Below are positions 28,053-37,714 of a stretch of DNA of 64,000 nucleotides, in pieces. The DNA lies in assembly GCA_965222375.1 (NCBI GenBank), contig CBDCTZ010000013.1:769207-833206 (forward strand), given 5' to 3'. The number at the start of each line of letters is the position of its first letter. Positions within the stretch are counted from its first letter, which is position 1. This stretch comes from Polyangiaceae bacterium (lineage in GTDB: Bacteria > Myxococcota_A > Polyangia > Polyangiales > Polyangiaceae). The position numbers were made by a program, and so were the translations under genes. Under the pieces are notes generated by a model that saw nothing but the letters and a program-made list of their open reading frames with translations, did no database searches and had not been told where the DNA came from.

Positions 28053-28562
28053 ATGGGCATCGAAATTGAGCGAAAGTTCCTGGTCCGCGGTGACGCCTGG
28101 CGAGCATCAACCGACCGTGTCGTGATGAAGCAAGCCTACCTGTCCACCGATCCCGAAAGAACGGTGCGAGTTCGCGTGGAGGGGGACATAGCTGTGCTCA
28201 CCATCAAGGGCCGGCGCCATGGCGACGCGCGACCTGAATTCAACTTCAACATCCCGCATGAAGACGCGTTGGCTCTGATGTCGTTGGCCCGAGGCCATGC
28301 CATCGAAAAGGTGCGGTTCCGAATCGAGGCAGCCGGTTTCACCTGGGAGGTGGACGAGTTCTCGGGAGAGAACGAGGGGCTCGTCGTGGCGGAAGTTGAA
28401 GCCGACAGCGAGAGTGCTCTGGAACGAGCGATCGCTAGCCGGCCGGATTGGGTGGGCGCAGACGTCAGTGATGATGGCCGCCTCTACAACGCCTCCCTAG
28501 CAGAAAGGCCATTCTGCTCCTGGACGGACGCGGAACGCCGGGAAGTCTCCGGCGACAGCTAG
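28053..28562 (+). CDS. CYTH domain (triphosphate tunnel metalloenzyme) protein
   Basis: EIERKFLV, QAYLS, RTVRVR, LTIKG, IEKVR, WEVDEF.GEN.GLVVAEVE. Confidence 0.92.
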   Translation: MGIEIERKFLVRGDAWRASTDRVVMKQAYLSTDPERTVRVRVEGDIAVLTIKGRRHGDARPEFNFNIPHEDALALMSLARGHAIEKVRFRIEAAGFTWEVDEFSGENEGLVVAEVEADSESALERAIASRPDWVGADVSDDGRLYNASLAERPFCSWTDAERREVSGDS

Positions 28563-28565
28563 GCG

Positions 28566-30107
28566 CTAGCGGTGGTGAGACACGTCGGAGATCTTCGCGA
28601 GCCGCCCCTGCACCTCGGCAAAGCTTCGCCGACGCCCACCGGTCAGAGCTACCAGACGGAATAGTTTGGGTAGGTGTTGCCAAAAAGCCCCGCGCCAGCC
28701 GACTGCGCGAAAGGCTTGCTTCATGAAATTCGCCGCACGAGCGCTCAAGACCGTTTCTGCGTTGGTCATCCAGTTCGGGTGCTTTGCCGCCGCGGTGACG
28801 AGCACGGAGTAGAGCTCTTGAAGGTCCAGCTCCGGTGACAGGTACCAACTGGGCTGGAACAGGGGGTCATCCTCGTCGAACCAGCCAGTGTCCTTGCAAT
28901 GGCGTTCGAGGGGCGTTCCGGCATAGACGCGGATCCCGGTCGAGAAGAGCACCATGTGATTGGGGGGAATATGCGTCTCGCAGAACTCGAGGGTTTCCCG
29001 AACGGTGTCGAGAGTCTCGCCAGGCGCGCCAAGCATGAAAAACCAATAGGTCGGAAGTTCCGCTGTGGACAGGACCTTTGCCGCGCGCTCGACGGTGCGT
29101 TTTCCGAACCCTTTCTGGAGCGACTTCAACGTCACGTCGGATGCGCTTTCAGGCGTGCACATGACGCTCGTGAATCCCGCACGCTTCATGAGTTCCACCA
29201 GCTCTTGAGTCACGCCGGCGGGATTGAGACCCATTGTGGAGAGGCTCACACCCAGCGCTCGGGTGGCGAGCGCATCGCAAAGCCCTCGGGCATGGGAAAG
29301 AGGCAAATTGAAGGTGGAATCAACAAAGTCAAAACTGCCTGCTCCGTGAGACTTGGCTTCGGCGATCTCGTCGACGACGTCGACCGGCCGGCGCAAGCGG
29401 TAGGCATGGCCCTCGATGTTGTTGTAGACGCAGTACACACATTTGAGCGCGCAGCCGCGCTTGGTTTGAATGGGGTAAGGGCCGCCGCTCGTTTCGTAGC
29501 GGGCGACGTCGACCCAGCGCCAGGCCTCACTGCGAGCACCGCGCTCCAAGTCTTGGGCCAGTGCGCGCCCGGCGCGAGGCTCCTTGGGCAGCAGTCGACC
29601 CGTATCCAGAATGGGCAGCGGGCTGTCACTCATGGTCTCGCGCGTAAGCACTCCGGGCAGCTTCCGCACTCGCCGAGCATCGGCGCCAGCCGCGAGCAAT
29701 TCCTGGAAGACCTCCTCACCTTCGCCGACGACTGCGTAGTCCGCGTCCAGGTAGTCGAATATCTCCGCTGGGGAGACGTTCACACCGCTGCCCCCAAGAA
29801 CCAACTTCGCCCTGGGCACCAGGTCGCGAATAGGGGCAACGACATCATTCTTGATTTCGTCCAAGAAGAAGATGGGTCGTTCGAAGTTGCAATTGTCGAT
29901 GTTGCGAATGGTCAGACCGACCACCTCCGGCGCGAAGCGAACCAGTGCATCACGAGTTGCCTGCGCTGGATCCTTGACGAAGGTGAGGTCTAGGACCTCG
30001 ACGTCGTATCCCGCGCGTTTCGCGTTGCTCGCCACGGCACAAAGCCCCATCGGCACGGCCGGCCAGGGCACATGTTCTCGGTTGGGGTTGATGAGCAGGA
30101 TGGTCAC
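28566..30107 (-). CDS. Cobalamin-binding radical SAM enzyme
   Basis: ILLINPN...PMGL; GLTIRNIDN; QTKRGCALKCVYC (CxxxCxxC); FVDSTFN; LGAPGET. GAGGGAG RBS before GTG 30107; duplicate in-frame start at 30161. Confidence 0.9.
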   Translation of the reverse strand: MTILLINPNREHVPWPAVPMGLCAVASNAKRAGYDVEVLDLTFVKDPAQATRDALVRFAPEVVGLTIRNIDNCNFERPIFFLDEIKNDVVAPIRDLVPRAKLVLGGSGVNVSPAEIFDYLDADYAVVGEGEEVFQELLAAGADARRVRKLPGVLTRETMSDSPLPILDTGRLLPKEPRAGRALAQDLERGARSEAWRWVDVARYETSGGPYPIQTKRGCALKCVYCVYNNIEGHAYRLRRPVDVVDEIAEAKSHGAGSFDFVDSTFNLPLSHARGLCDALATRALGVSLSTMGLNPAGVTQELVELMKRAGFTSVMCTPESASDVTLKSLQKGFGKRTVERAAKVLSTAELPTYWFFMLGAPGETLDTVRETLEFCETHIPPNHMVLFSTGIRVYAGTPLERHCKDTGWFDEDDPLFQPSWYLSPELDLQELYSVLVTAAAKHPNWMTNAETVLSARAANFMKQAFRAVGWRGAFWQHLPKLFRLVALTGGRRRSFAEVQGRLAKISDVSHHR

Positions 30108-30194
30108 GGCGCTCCCTCGATGTCGCCGACATTCGTGTTGGGTTGTGAGCAGAATGGTCACGGCGCTCCCTCGATGTCGCCGACATTCGTGTTG
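30092..30194. repeat. 54-bp-period tandem duplication covering the RBS and start codon of the radical SAM gene
   Basis: TGAGCAG(G/A)ATGGTCACGGCGCTCCCTCGATGTCGCCGACATTCGTGTTG at 30092-30140 and 30146-30194, 1 mismatch. Confidence 0.9.
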
Positions 30195-30243
30195 ACGAAT
30201 CAGCTCCCCTTGCCAATCGTGCGCGTCCCCCAGGCTAAGCTCC

Positions 30244-30864
30244 GTGCGAGCTTGGGTTTTCGCGGTGATGTCGCTGCTATGCGCATGCTCTGGTGAGGAT
30301 GGCCCGACCCCGGGGTCCGGGGCCGGAGCAGCTACCGGGACGCTGCCCTTGGGCCTACACCCCGCCAACTTCATCGAAGAGCAGCAACCCATGCGGCCGC
30401 TCGCAGATGGGGACTCGATCCAATTGGTTGCGGCGCTTCAAGGCGGCTACGTGCTCTATGTTGGTGCACAGGTCGAAGCCCTTCGCTCAACTCAGGCGGA
30501 GATCGTGGCGCGGCTGATTGACCCATGACATCCGCGCTGCGCCGAGAGGACATTCGCACGATCGTGATGAAACCAATCCCAGGCAAGCCGAACTGGAAGC
30601 AGCCCGACCTGCGCTCTCGAAGTCAGGTCGCGCACCTTGTCGTGTGTCCAAACGAAGAGACAAAGAACGTGTTCGGCGAACCGTTCCGCCTGGAGATCGA
30701 GGTCAAGGAGGTCGTCGGAAGGCAGCTTCAAGGGCGCACCGCGCACTGGCTCCGCGTCGCTCGCCGGTCACGCAGAGTGCTCTGACTCCGATGCCAACTT
30801 GAAACAGCGCTGCAGTTGCGAGTGTGAAGCGGGCTACGCCATCGGCAAGTGTTCGTCGCTTTGA
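30244..30864 (+). pseudogene. Frameshifted lipoprotein gene
   Basis: LCAC lipobox; coding sequence continues across ORFs 30244-30528, 30525-30785 and 30637-30864 (ends RCSCECEAGYAIGKC). Confidence 0.65.
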
Positions 30865-30868
30865 GTCC

Positions 30869-31968
30869 TCACTTCATCGCGCGTCGAATCGACGCATCCC
30901 CGTAGTTCGCTCCAACTACACGTGGCTAGCGTCCACGGCCACTCCGACCGGACGCGACTGATTGACGACATGCTCGCTCACACTGCCCAGAGCCGCCGGA
31001 CCCTTGCGGACGCCGCCGAGCGACATCCGCCCTCGCCCAATAAGCGAATTGTCCGTCCAGTGCGAACCAATCCACCTTCGGATCCGAGATTGCCGACAAA
31101 CTGGAGGCTGCCCAGTTTTTCGTCTTGGTGCGCACCCCTCCCGCGACATCCGTCCGGAAGCTCCAGTAGAAACGGTTCGCGAACAAAGCCAGGTAGACTG
31201 GCTCGTGTGTCCAAACGAGCCCCACGGTGGAGACGAGAACTGTCTGCGACCCACCGTCCTTGGGCGCGCGGTAAACGGCGCCTCCCTGGCTCGCCCAGTA
31301 CACGTGGGTGGCGTCGAGAGTCACGGCGTAGGCCTGCGCCGCCGCGCCCGGAGCCAGGTCCTGCACCACTCCCGATCCTTCAATCGCTCGCCGTCGCACC
31401 ATATTGGGCCCAGCCCAATACACATGGCTGTCATCCACCGCGTCGGTCTGCACGCCGGCTTGGTCGGAGGCGATCAACTCCGCAGCTGCCTCGTCGACTC
31501 CGACTCGCCTTAACTTGAAACTGGCGCTATCCGCGAAGTAGGCGAAGCCCTGTCGCACGGCCAGCCCTTGCAGCTGTGCCCTACCAGCCGCGATGCGCTG
31601 CAAGCAGTTCGTCTGCTTTTGCACCCGCCACTCACTATCATCGCGTAGTCCAGTAGATCGTAGGCCGCATCCAAGCACGGATAGTTCGCATCCGCTTCGT
31701 CAGTAACCGCGATGACCTCTTCGCCATCAGCCGCCACAGGCAGGCTGCGCTGTGGTGAAACGCAGGCCGTCGAGGGACCGCTGGCGCTGCCGCCAGCCTG
31801 AGCCCGCGAGACCGGCCGGCGCGCCGCTGGCGCCCAGCCCTCCCGTGCCGCCCCCCGGCGCTCCCGCGCTGCCCGCCGCTCCTGCGGTGTCTTGACCCCG
31901 CGCTGAACTCTTCACCGCCGCACGCAGTCGGCGAGCGCCAGACAAAGCAATGAGCAGAGTGTTCGCAC
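30869..31968 (-). pseudogene. Frameshifted Gly-linker/beta-propeller lipoprotein gene
   Basis: Signal VRTLCSLLCLALA / ACGGEEFSAG, Gly linker and blades VDDSHVYW, LDATHVYW, VDASHV* lie in different frames; TAG where Tyr-Trp is expected at ~30916. Confidence 0.7.
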
Positions 31969-32165
31969 GCCACTGCCTTCTGCAGCAAACGTGCCGGTTC
32001 CACCCTCAGTCGCGGAGACTCGCCGAAGACCGTGGGATCTGGCCGCTCGTTGGTGGCCAACGTCGCCCCCGGTGGCAGCAAAGCGTTCTCGCATGCGTCA
32101 ACCCGAGTGACGCGCCAGAATCATCGAACCGCGTGCAGCGCTCGCGAGTACAATCACCGAGGTTC

Positions 32166-32946
32166 ATGAAATCCTGGCTCCTGACAATCTCTGCACTGGT
32201 ACTCGCCAGCCTGTGGAACCGACTCGGGCACCTCCGGGCACCGGCGCGGGCGGCGCAACGTCCAGCGGCGGCGGCAGCGCCTTCGGCGGCGGCGGGGTTT
32301 CCACCGGCGGCGGCAAATCGGGCTTCGGTGGCGTCAGTACCGGTGGCGTCGGTACCGGCGGCGTGAGTACAGGTGGCGGCGGCACAGGCGGCACTAGCAC
32401 CGGCGGCGTCGGTACCGGCGGCGTGGGCACGGGCGGCGTCGGTACCGGCGGCGTGAGTACAGGTGGCGGCGGCACAGGCGGCACTAGCACCGGCGGAGTC
32501 AACACGGGTGGCGAGGGCACCGGCGGCGTCAACACGGGCGGCGTCGGTACCGGTGGCGTCGGTACGGGCGGCACAAGCACCGGCGGTTCGAGCGGCGCGG
32601 GCTCCATTGGCCCCGTGCAATGCAGAAAGCAGAAGGACTGCGGAGGCTCCTTCAGCTGCAATCTGAATGCCCCTGGCGAGATCTGCACCGGCTGCGCCCC
32701 TGGAACACGCCCAGGTGCCCTAGGATTGTTTCGTGGGTGCGTCCGTACGGAGTTGCAACGGCGACCAGGATTGCAGCATGGGTATGCGCTGCACGGCTAC
32801 CAAGACGGCGTGCGATCCGTTCCTGCCCCTGCCCGGCACCCTACGTGTGCGGCAGCAACAACCTATGCCAACGCCCCAGCTGTGGCACCGGCGGCAGTTG
32901 CCCGGTGCCACTCTCCTGCCAGAACGGCTACTGTATGGAGCCATGA
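32166..32946 (+). pseudogene. Frameshifted Gly-linker/Cys-rich lipoprotein gene
   Basis: MKSWLLTISALVLA / ACGTDSGTS / GTGAGG..(GGVGT)n..QCRKQKDC / SCNGDQDCSMGMRC / SCPCPAPYVC...CQNGYCMEP* needs about four frame changes. Confidence 0.7.
32325..32590 (+). repeat. 15-bp (GGVGT/GGVST) tandem array with an exact ~62-bp duplication
   Basis: 32345-32406 equals 32435-32496; many GGCGGCGTCGGTACC-like units. Confidence 0.85.
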
Positions 32947-33377
32947 AGATCAAGCGCACGCGACAAATCAGCCTTTCCTTGGGAGCAGCGCTGCTGCTCA
33001 GCGCCGCGGCATCGGCAGCGTGGTCCAACAGAGTATCCCTGAATGCGAAGGTGCACGATCATCGTTTCGACAAGGTCGCGCTGAGCGGCGATGGTTGCAA
33101 AATCACCGTCAAGCTGTCCTTCAACGCACCCCCCAAGGCTTACGCTTCAAAAGCCAAGAATCGAAACAGCTACCTCTTCAAAGGCCGTGTAAAGCTGAAG
33201 AACGGCAAGGAACTCGTCACGGATGTGTTTCGAAGCAGCAGCCCTGCTCGACGCGGCTGGACCCAGAGCTTCGACACGAGCGCCGAGGAATGCTGGGGCA
33301 AAGAAAAGATGCAGGCCGTGGACGTGAAAGTCGTCGGCTGCCGCGCGCGACGCTGCACCGTTCCGGACTTCGACTAA
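32943..33377 (+). CDS. Small secreted basic beta-rich protein
   Basis: Signal peptide LGAALLLSAAASA; ATGA overlap with the preceding pseudogene stop; 4 Cys. Confidence 0.7.
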   Translation: MKIKRTRQISLSLGAALLLSAAASAAWSNRVSLNAKVHDHRFDKVALSGDGCKITVKLSFNAPPKAYASKAKNRNSYLFKGRVKLKNGKELVTDVFRSSSPARRGWTQSFDTSAEECWGKEKMQAVDVKVVGCRARRCTVPDFD

Positions 33378-34183
33378 GGAATTTGCAGCCCGCCCGAAAC
33401 GTTGATCTCCTGTCCCGTCACATAGTCCGAGAGCGGCGACGCCAGAAAGAGGACCACGCGGGCAACGTCGAGGGGCGTACCAAACCGGCCGAAGGGAATG
33501 CGCGCCAACGTGGCGACTCTTTGTGCTTCGGGGATCCCCGTAGCGGCGCCCTGCGCCTTCGGCGCGGTCATCCGGGTTTCAGTGAAGCCTGGCGCAACGG
33601 CATTGACGCACACGCCGTAGCGTCCCCACTCCTGGGCGATGACGCGGGTCAGCCCAACATTGCCCATCTTGGCGGCCGCGTAGTTGGCCTGCCCTGGGTT
33701 TCCGCGAATCGCCGCGGTCGAGAAGAAATTGACGATCTTGCGAGGGTGAGCGATCTCGCCCTGCTCTTCGATTTCGCGCTTCGCAACAGCTCGCAAAAAC
33801 GGAGCTGCTGATCGAATGCAATTGAACGTGCCGCGCAAGTTGACGTCGAGCACGAGCTGCCAATCCTCGTCGGACATCTTGTGACTCATGCGATCCCGAG
33901 TCACACCGGCGTTGTTCACCAAGATATCCAGGCCGCCAAAGGCATCGGCTGCCTGCCGCATCAGCGCATCGGTATAGGTCGGATCCGCGACGCTGCCTTG
34001 GGAGGCAAGTGCAGACCCCGCTCGCAAAGCCAGGCATGCGGCCGTGGCCTCGTGGGCTGGCTCCGCGTCGAGATCGTTGATCACGACCTTGGCACCTTCC
34101 GCGACGAAAAGTTCGGCGACCGCACGGCCGATGCCGCGCCCCGCGCCAGTCACGACGGCGATCCGATCCTCTAGCAACCCCAT
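33374..34183 (-). CDS. SDR family oxidoreductase (FabG-like)
   Basis: TGAGRGIG, NNAG, YAAAK, VNAVAPGF. Confidence 0.93.
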   Translation of the reverse strand: MGLLEDRIAVVTGAGRGIGRAVAELFVAEGAKVVINDLDAEPAHEATAACLALRAGSALASQGSVADPTYTDALMRQAADAFGGLDILVNNAGVTRDRMSHKMSDEDWQLVLDVNLRGTFNCIRSAAPFLRAVAKREIEEQGEIAHPRKIVNFFSTAAIRGNPGQANYAAAKMGNVGLTRVIAQEWGRYGVCVNAVAPGFTETRMTAPKAQGAATGIPEAQRVATLARIPFGRFGTPLDVARVVLFLASPLSDYVTGQEINVSGGLQIP

Positions 34184-34256
34184 GCCCGCATCCTTTCAAG
34201 ACGCCTCGACGCCGTGGAATGACGCCGGTCATGGACCAACGGCCGCAACACCGCTC

Positions 34257-35282
34257 TCACCAGCTGTCTTTCAACTGGGCGTCCACTACCTTCTCGAGAC
34301 CACGCACCACCCGGGCCAGGCGTTCGAAGTCGAGTTCCTCGGCTCGATCACTGGGTTCGTGGTAGTTCGAGTTTCGAAACGGCGCCGTATCTGTGACCAT
34401 CACTCCGGGCACATCTTGTTGCCAGAAGGCCCAGTGATCTGACCAGCTGATCCCAGGCAAGACATCCGGGAGCGCTGCCCCCTCACTGGGAAAGGGCTCA
34501 CTCTCACGAAAGACTCGAATCGAACGCCGAACCAAGTCCCTCGAACGCAGGTTGCCAACGAAGGCCACGAAGTTCCCGCGGTCTGGGTAGAACCAGTTGA
34601 GGGGCGTCGGGTACCGCTGCGAACCGGGCTGGTCCCGATAGTAGCCCAGGGTTTCCAGGCTCATCATGCCTCGCAACTCGACCTTCCGCTCCACCAAGAG
34701 ACGAGCAACGCGAACGCTACCCATGTCGCTCGTTTTGAACCACGGCGGCTCCTCGTTGGTAAACGCAGCGAATACCAGCGAATGTTCGTGGGGCTTGTCG
34801 GCGAAGCGACGCGCCAAAGCCAGCAACGCGGCAACTCCCGTGGCGTTGTCATCCGCGCCGGGAGTACCCTGAGCAGAGTCGTAGTGTGCCCCCACGACGA
34901 AAGTCGCGGGCGCAGGTCCAGGGGCATGAGCCAAGATGTTCTGGCACTGGACGCCTTTCACCACATATGTCTGCCGTTCAACGTGCAACTTCGTGGCGCT
35001 CAGTTGCTCGAATACATAGTCTGCAGCGCGGGCCAACTCGGCGGGATGGTCGACGTTGCGCTCACCGATCTCAGTAGAGAGTTTGTCCACATCCCGCTGA
35101 AGCTCTCGCGCCAACTCGCGCCCCGATGCATCCAGAGCGGGCAGAGCGCCGCTGTGGCTGTTGCCCGGCATATGCATTCCGAAAGCAAAAAGCCCGATGC
35201 CCGCGAGCAACGCCGCCGCGAGCAATATCCATAGGCTGCGGAGGCGAAAGACGCTCGACAGCAGCTGCTTTGCCTTCGACAC
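34257..35282 (-). CDS. M28 family peptidase
   Basis: VGAHYDS, GADDNATG, FTNEEPP, SLETLG, SDH, YHEPSD; N-terminal TM; start estimated. Confidence 0.88.
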   Translation of the reverse strand: MSKAKQLLSSVFRLRSLWILLAAALLAGIGLFAFGMHMPGNSHSGALPALDASGRELARELQRDVDKLSTEIGERNVDHPAELARAADYVFEQLSATKLHVERQTYVVKGVQCQNILAHAPGPAPATFVVGAHYDSAQGTPGADDNATGVAALLALARRFADKPHEHSLVFAAFTNEEPPWFKTSDMGSVRVARLLVERKVELRGMMSLETLGYYRDQPGSQRYPTPLNWFYPDRGNFVAFVGNLRSRDLVRRSIRVFRESEPFPSEGAALPDVLPGISWSDHWAFWQQDVPGVMVTDTAPFRNSNYHEPSDRAEELDFERLARVVRGLEKVVDAQLKDSW

Positions 35283-35462
35283 CTGAAGCGACTCCGCTCG
35301 GCAGCCTGTTCGCGACGCCCGCCCGGGGCAACCCGTCAGCCCCGCCAACTCGACGGAGGGCCAAAACTGCCCGGTTTTTCCCTTCCAGGGCCCATGCAGC
35401 GCGGTAGCATTCCGCGCCGCTGCGAGGGAACGCCGAATTGCACGCACCACAAGCACGAGCAA

Positions 35463-35491
35463 TTGACAACCCGCGACCGCGCGGTCAGCGT
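35463..35491 (+). promoter_or_regulatory. Candidate sigma70 promoter for a leaderless transcript, with a palindrome in the spacer
   Basis: TTGACA (35463-68), 17 nt, CAGCGT (35486-91), 6 nt, ATG 35498; GACCGCGCGGTC palindrome 35475-86. Confidence 0.5.
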
Positions 35492-35497
35492 TTGGGC

Positions 35498-36523
35498 ATG
35501 CGAACTTCAAGCTTTTATCTGGGTCTATCCGTATCGGTCTCCATTGCGGCGTTGTGCGTCGGCGCATGTTCCGACAGCGGCGGAGGCGGTGGCGGTGGCA
35601 GTCCTGGCACCGGTGGTTCCGGCAACGTGGGCAACTTCGGCGGAACCAGCGGTACCGGCGGCGCAGCCACAGGTGGCGTAGGCGCGTCAGCAGGGGCCGG
35701 CGGCTCGAGTGGCAGCGGCGGGACAGCAGGCGCCGGCGGCGCGACGGATGGCGGTACGGGGACTCCAGCAGACCACGTGCTGATCAGCGAAGTCGGCCTT
35801 GAACCCGGCGGCGCTGAGTTCGTAGAAATCTACAACCCGACGTCGGCAGCCGTAGATCTGAGCAACTACTACCTCGCGGACAACTCCGCGTACTACAAGA
35901 TGACCAGTGGTCCTTGGAATCCGGGAACCAGCAATCCAGGCACGGATTGGCTGGTGCAATTCCCATCCGGCACCCAAATCGCCCCGGGCGCCGTCATCAC
36001 CGTCGCCGGTGAACCGGCGCCGGGAAATGACGGCTACGAGAAGATCTTCGGCTCATGTCCCGATTTCACGATGAATGACACGGCCGCTCCCCTCTCCTGC
36101 GGCGGCGGCAGCGTCACGGCAATGCTCAACCCCGCCAACGGCGGCGCGGGCGACAAGAAGGGCGGGTTCATCAGCAACAGCCGCGAAATGGTCGTGCTGT
36201 TTACCTGGGATGGGTCTGCCGCGACTGTCAAAGATGTCGACTATGTAACTTGGGGCGGCACCTTCGACAACGATACCCGGGCAGACAAGACGGGCGTCAC
36301 CGGCTACGTCAATGACACAGCGCGGGGTTCCCAGAAGCCTGCCGTGGTCATCAAGCCTGAAGCTGGGACCGCGTCTTCGATTCAACGTTGTCAGCTCGAA
36401 ACGGGTGAGAAGCTCACCGGCGGCAACGGATTGACGGGGCATGACGAGACCAGTGAGGACCTGGCGGCGACATTCCAAAGCGGAACCCCGTCTCCAGGCA
36501 CCAAAAACAGTTGCCTGCCTTGA
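35498..36523 (+). CDS. Gly-linker lipoprotein with lamin-tail (LTD) domain
   Basis: VGAC lipobox; HVLISEV...AEFVEIYNPT..AVDLSNYYLAD...FPSGTQIAPG; ends TPSPGTKN. Confidence 0.85.
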   Translation: MRTSSFYLGLSVSVSIAALCVGACSDSGGGGGGGSPGTGGSGNVGNFGGTSGTGGAATGGVGASAGAGGSSGSGGTAGAGGATDGGTGTPADHVLISEVGLEPGGAEFVEIYNPTSAAVDLSNYYLADNSAYYKMTSGPWNPGTSNPGTDWLVQFPSGTQIAPGAVITVAGEPAPGNDGYEKIFGSCPDFTMNDTAAPLSCGGGSVTAMLNPANGGAGDKKGGFISNSREMVVLFTWDGSAATVKDVDYVTWGGTFDNDTRADKTGVTGYVNDTARGSQKPAVVIKPEAGTASSIQRCQLETGEKLTGGNGLTGHDETSEDLAATFQSGTPSPGTKNSCLP

Positions 36524-36619
36524 GCCCGAGCTAGCACGTCATCCGAGTAGCGTCGCGCCCTGTCGGGCGCGGCGCACCGCGGTGCCGTTGGAGTCTTCGC
36601 TCACACGCGAGCGGAACGA

Positions 36620-37678
36620 TCAGTGAGTCAGCGCGGCGCTGCCCATGTACAGCTCCACGGTGTCGTCCTCGGCGCGTCTCAGTGCGATCACTTCATCGGC
36701 ACTGCGTTCCCCGGATATCACTGCGCTCGATGTCGTTACGATCCATTGCACCTTCGGTAGCGCTGCACTGAGCTGATCGAGAGCACTCGCCGCGATCGCC
36801 GGATCGAGACCCGCATCCACTTCATCGATCAACACGACGCCCTCGGAAGCCTGGGGGTCAGCTCCCGGGTAGGCTGCCCACAACATCCGCACCGTCAGCG
36901 CCGCGAATGCGACCAGGTGGCGACAAGCGGTAGGCAGTTCGTCGAATTGCCGCGCGCGGCCTCGCCCGGGCGAGAACATCGGCTCGAAACTCCGGGCGTC
37001 CAGCCCTGAGTATTCGAAGCCGCTGTCGACAAGCGCTGCCGAAACTGTGCGCCGCATGGCCCCACCAAGCAGAGACAGACCACGCCCCTGATCTCCCCCA
37101 CCCTGGGCCAGGGCCATGGCGATATCAGCGTAGGCCAGGGCTTGCTTGACCTCGCGCGTGAGGTCAGCGCGAGAGCCGTCGTCAAATGCGGCCGGAGCAC
37201 GCACATCGTAGCGCCCTACGCTCCGTGCTGGTGCGTGCAAGCTGAGCGGAGTCCTGGAAAACCATCGAATCGCGGGTATCGTCAGAAGTGCGAACCCCCG
37301 TTCCCTGGCTCGTTTGTCGAACAAGGCCTGCTCGCGCCGACGCAGTACCTCCGCTCCGTCATCATCGAAGCCCCGCCCATGGGTCGTAGGGGTCGTCACG
37401 CGCAGCGCGTGGGGGCGATCTTCGTCGTCGCTCCCCAAGTCCCAGTCACACGCGACGAAGGGGGGACGATCGGGTTCGGCGCGCGAGCTCAGAGCGCTGG
37501 ACACGACTGCATGCCCGGGGCGGGTATGCGCAATCGCCGTCAGCAACGTCGTCTTACCCACGCCACCGCCCCCGACGATCACTGTGACCGGCCGAGGCGC
37601 ACCGGTCTCATCCTGAAACGGAAACGCTTCGTCGCTGAAAGGTCTGATGCCCGAAAGGCGCGCCAACACCAGCCGCAT
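36620..37678 (-). CDS. ABC-type (AAA_21-like) ATPase
   Basis: Walker A GGGGVGKT, Walker B VVLIDEVD, QWIVTTSS (switch His replaced by Ser). Confidence 0.8.
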   Translation of the reverse strand: MRLVLARLSGIRPFSDEAFPFQDETGAPRPVTVIVGGGGVGKTTLLTAIAHTRPGHAVVSSALSSRAEPDRPPFVACDWDLGSDDEDRPHALRVTTPTTHGRGFDDDGAEVLRRREQALFDKRARERGFALLTIPAIRWFSRTPLSLHAPARSVGRYDVRAPAAFDDGSRADLTREVKQALAYADIAMALAQGGGDQGRGLSLLGGAMRRTVSAALVDSGFEYSGLDARSFEPMFSPGRGRARQFDELPTACRHLVAFAALTVRMLWAAYPGADPQASEGVVLIDEVDAGLDPAIAASALDQLSAALPKVQWIVTTSSAVISGERSADEVIALRRAEDDTVELYMGSAALTH

Positions 37679-37683
37679 CGAGG

Positions 37684-37700
37684 CGATTGTGGCACAATCG
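37684..37700. promoter_or_regulatory. Palindromic bidirectional extended -10 element or operator between divergent genes
   Basis: CGATTGTG-G-CACAATCG gives TGnCACAAT on both strands within a 36-bp intergenic gap. Confidence 0.55.
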
Positions 37701-37714
37701 GCCACGGGTGGCAG

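Noticed and set aside
28053..28562. Class IV adenylate cyclase call
   Set aside because: CYTH motifs do not separate cyclases from triphosphatases
32325..32590. CRISPR array (also 12398-12560 and 30092-30194)
   Set aside because: The repeats are in-frame coding units or a simple duplication, with no unique spacers and no cas genes
32213..33811. 532-aa ORF in the track
   Set aside because: Chimeric read-through of a frameshifted gene across the 32943-33377 gene and antisense to the SDR gene
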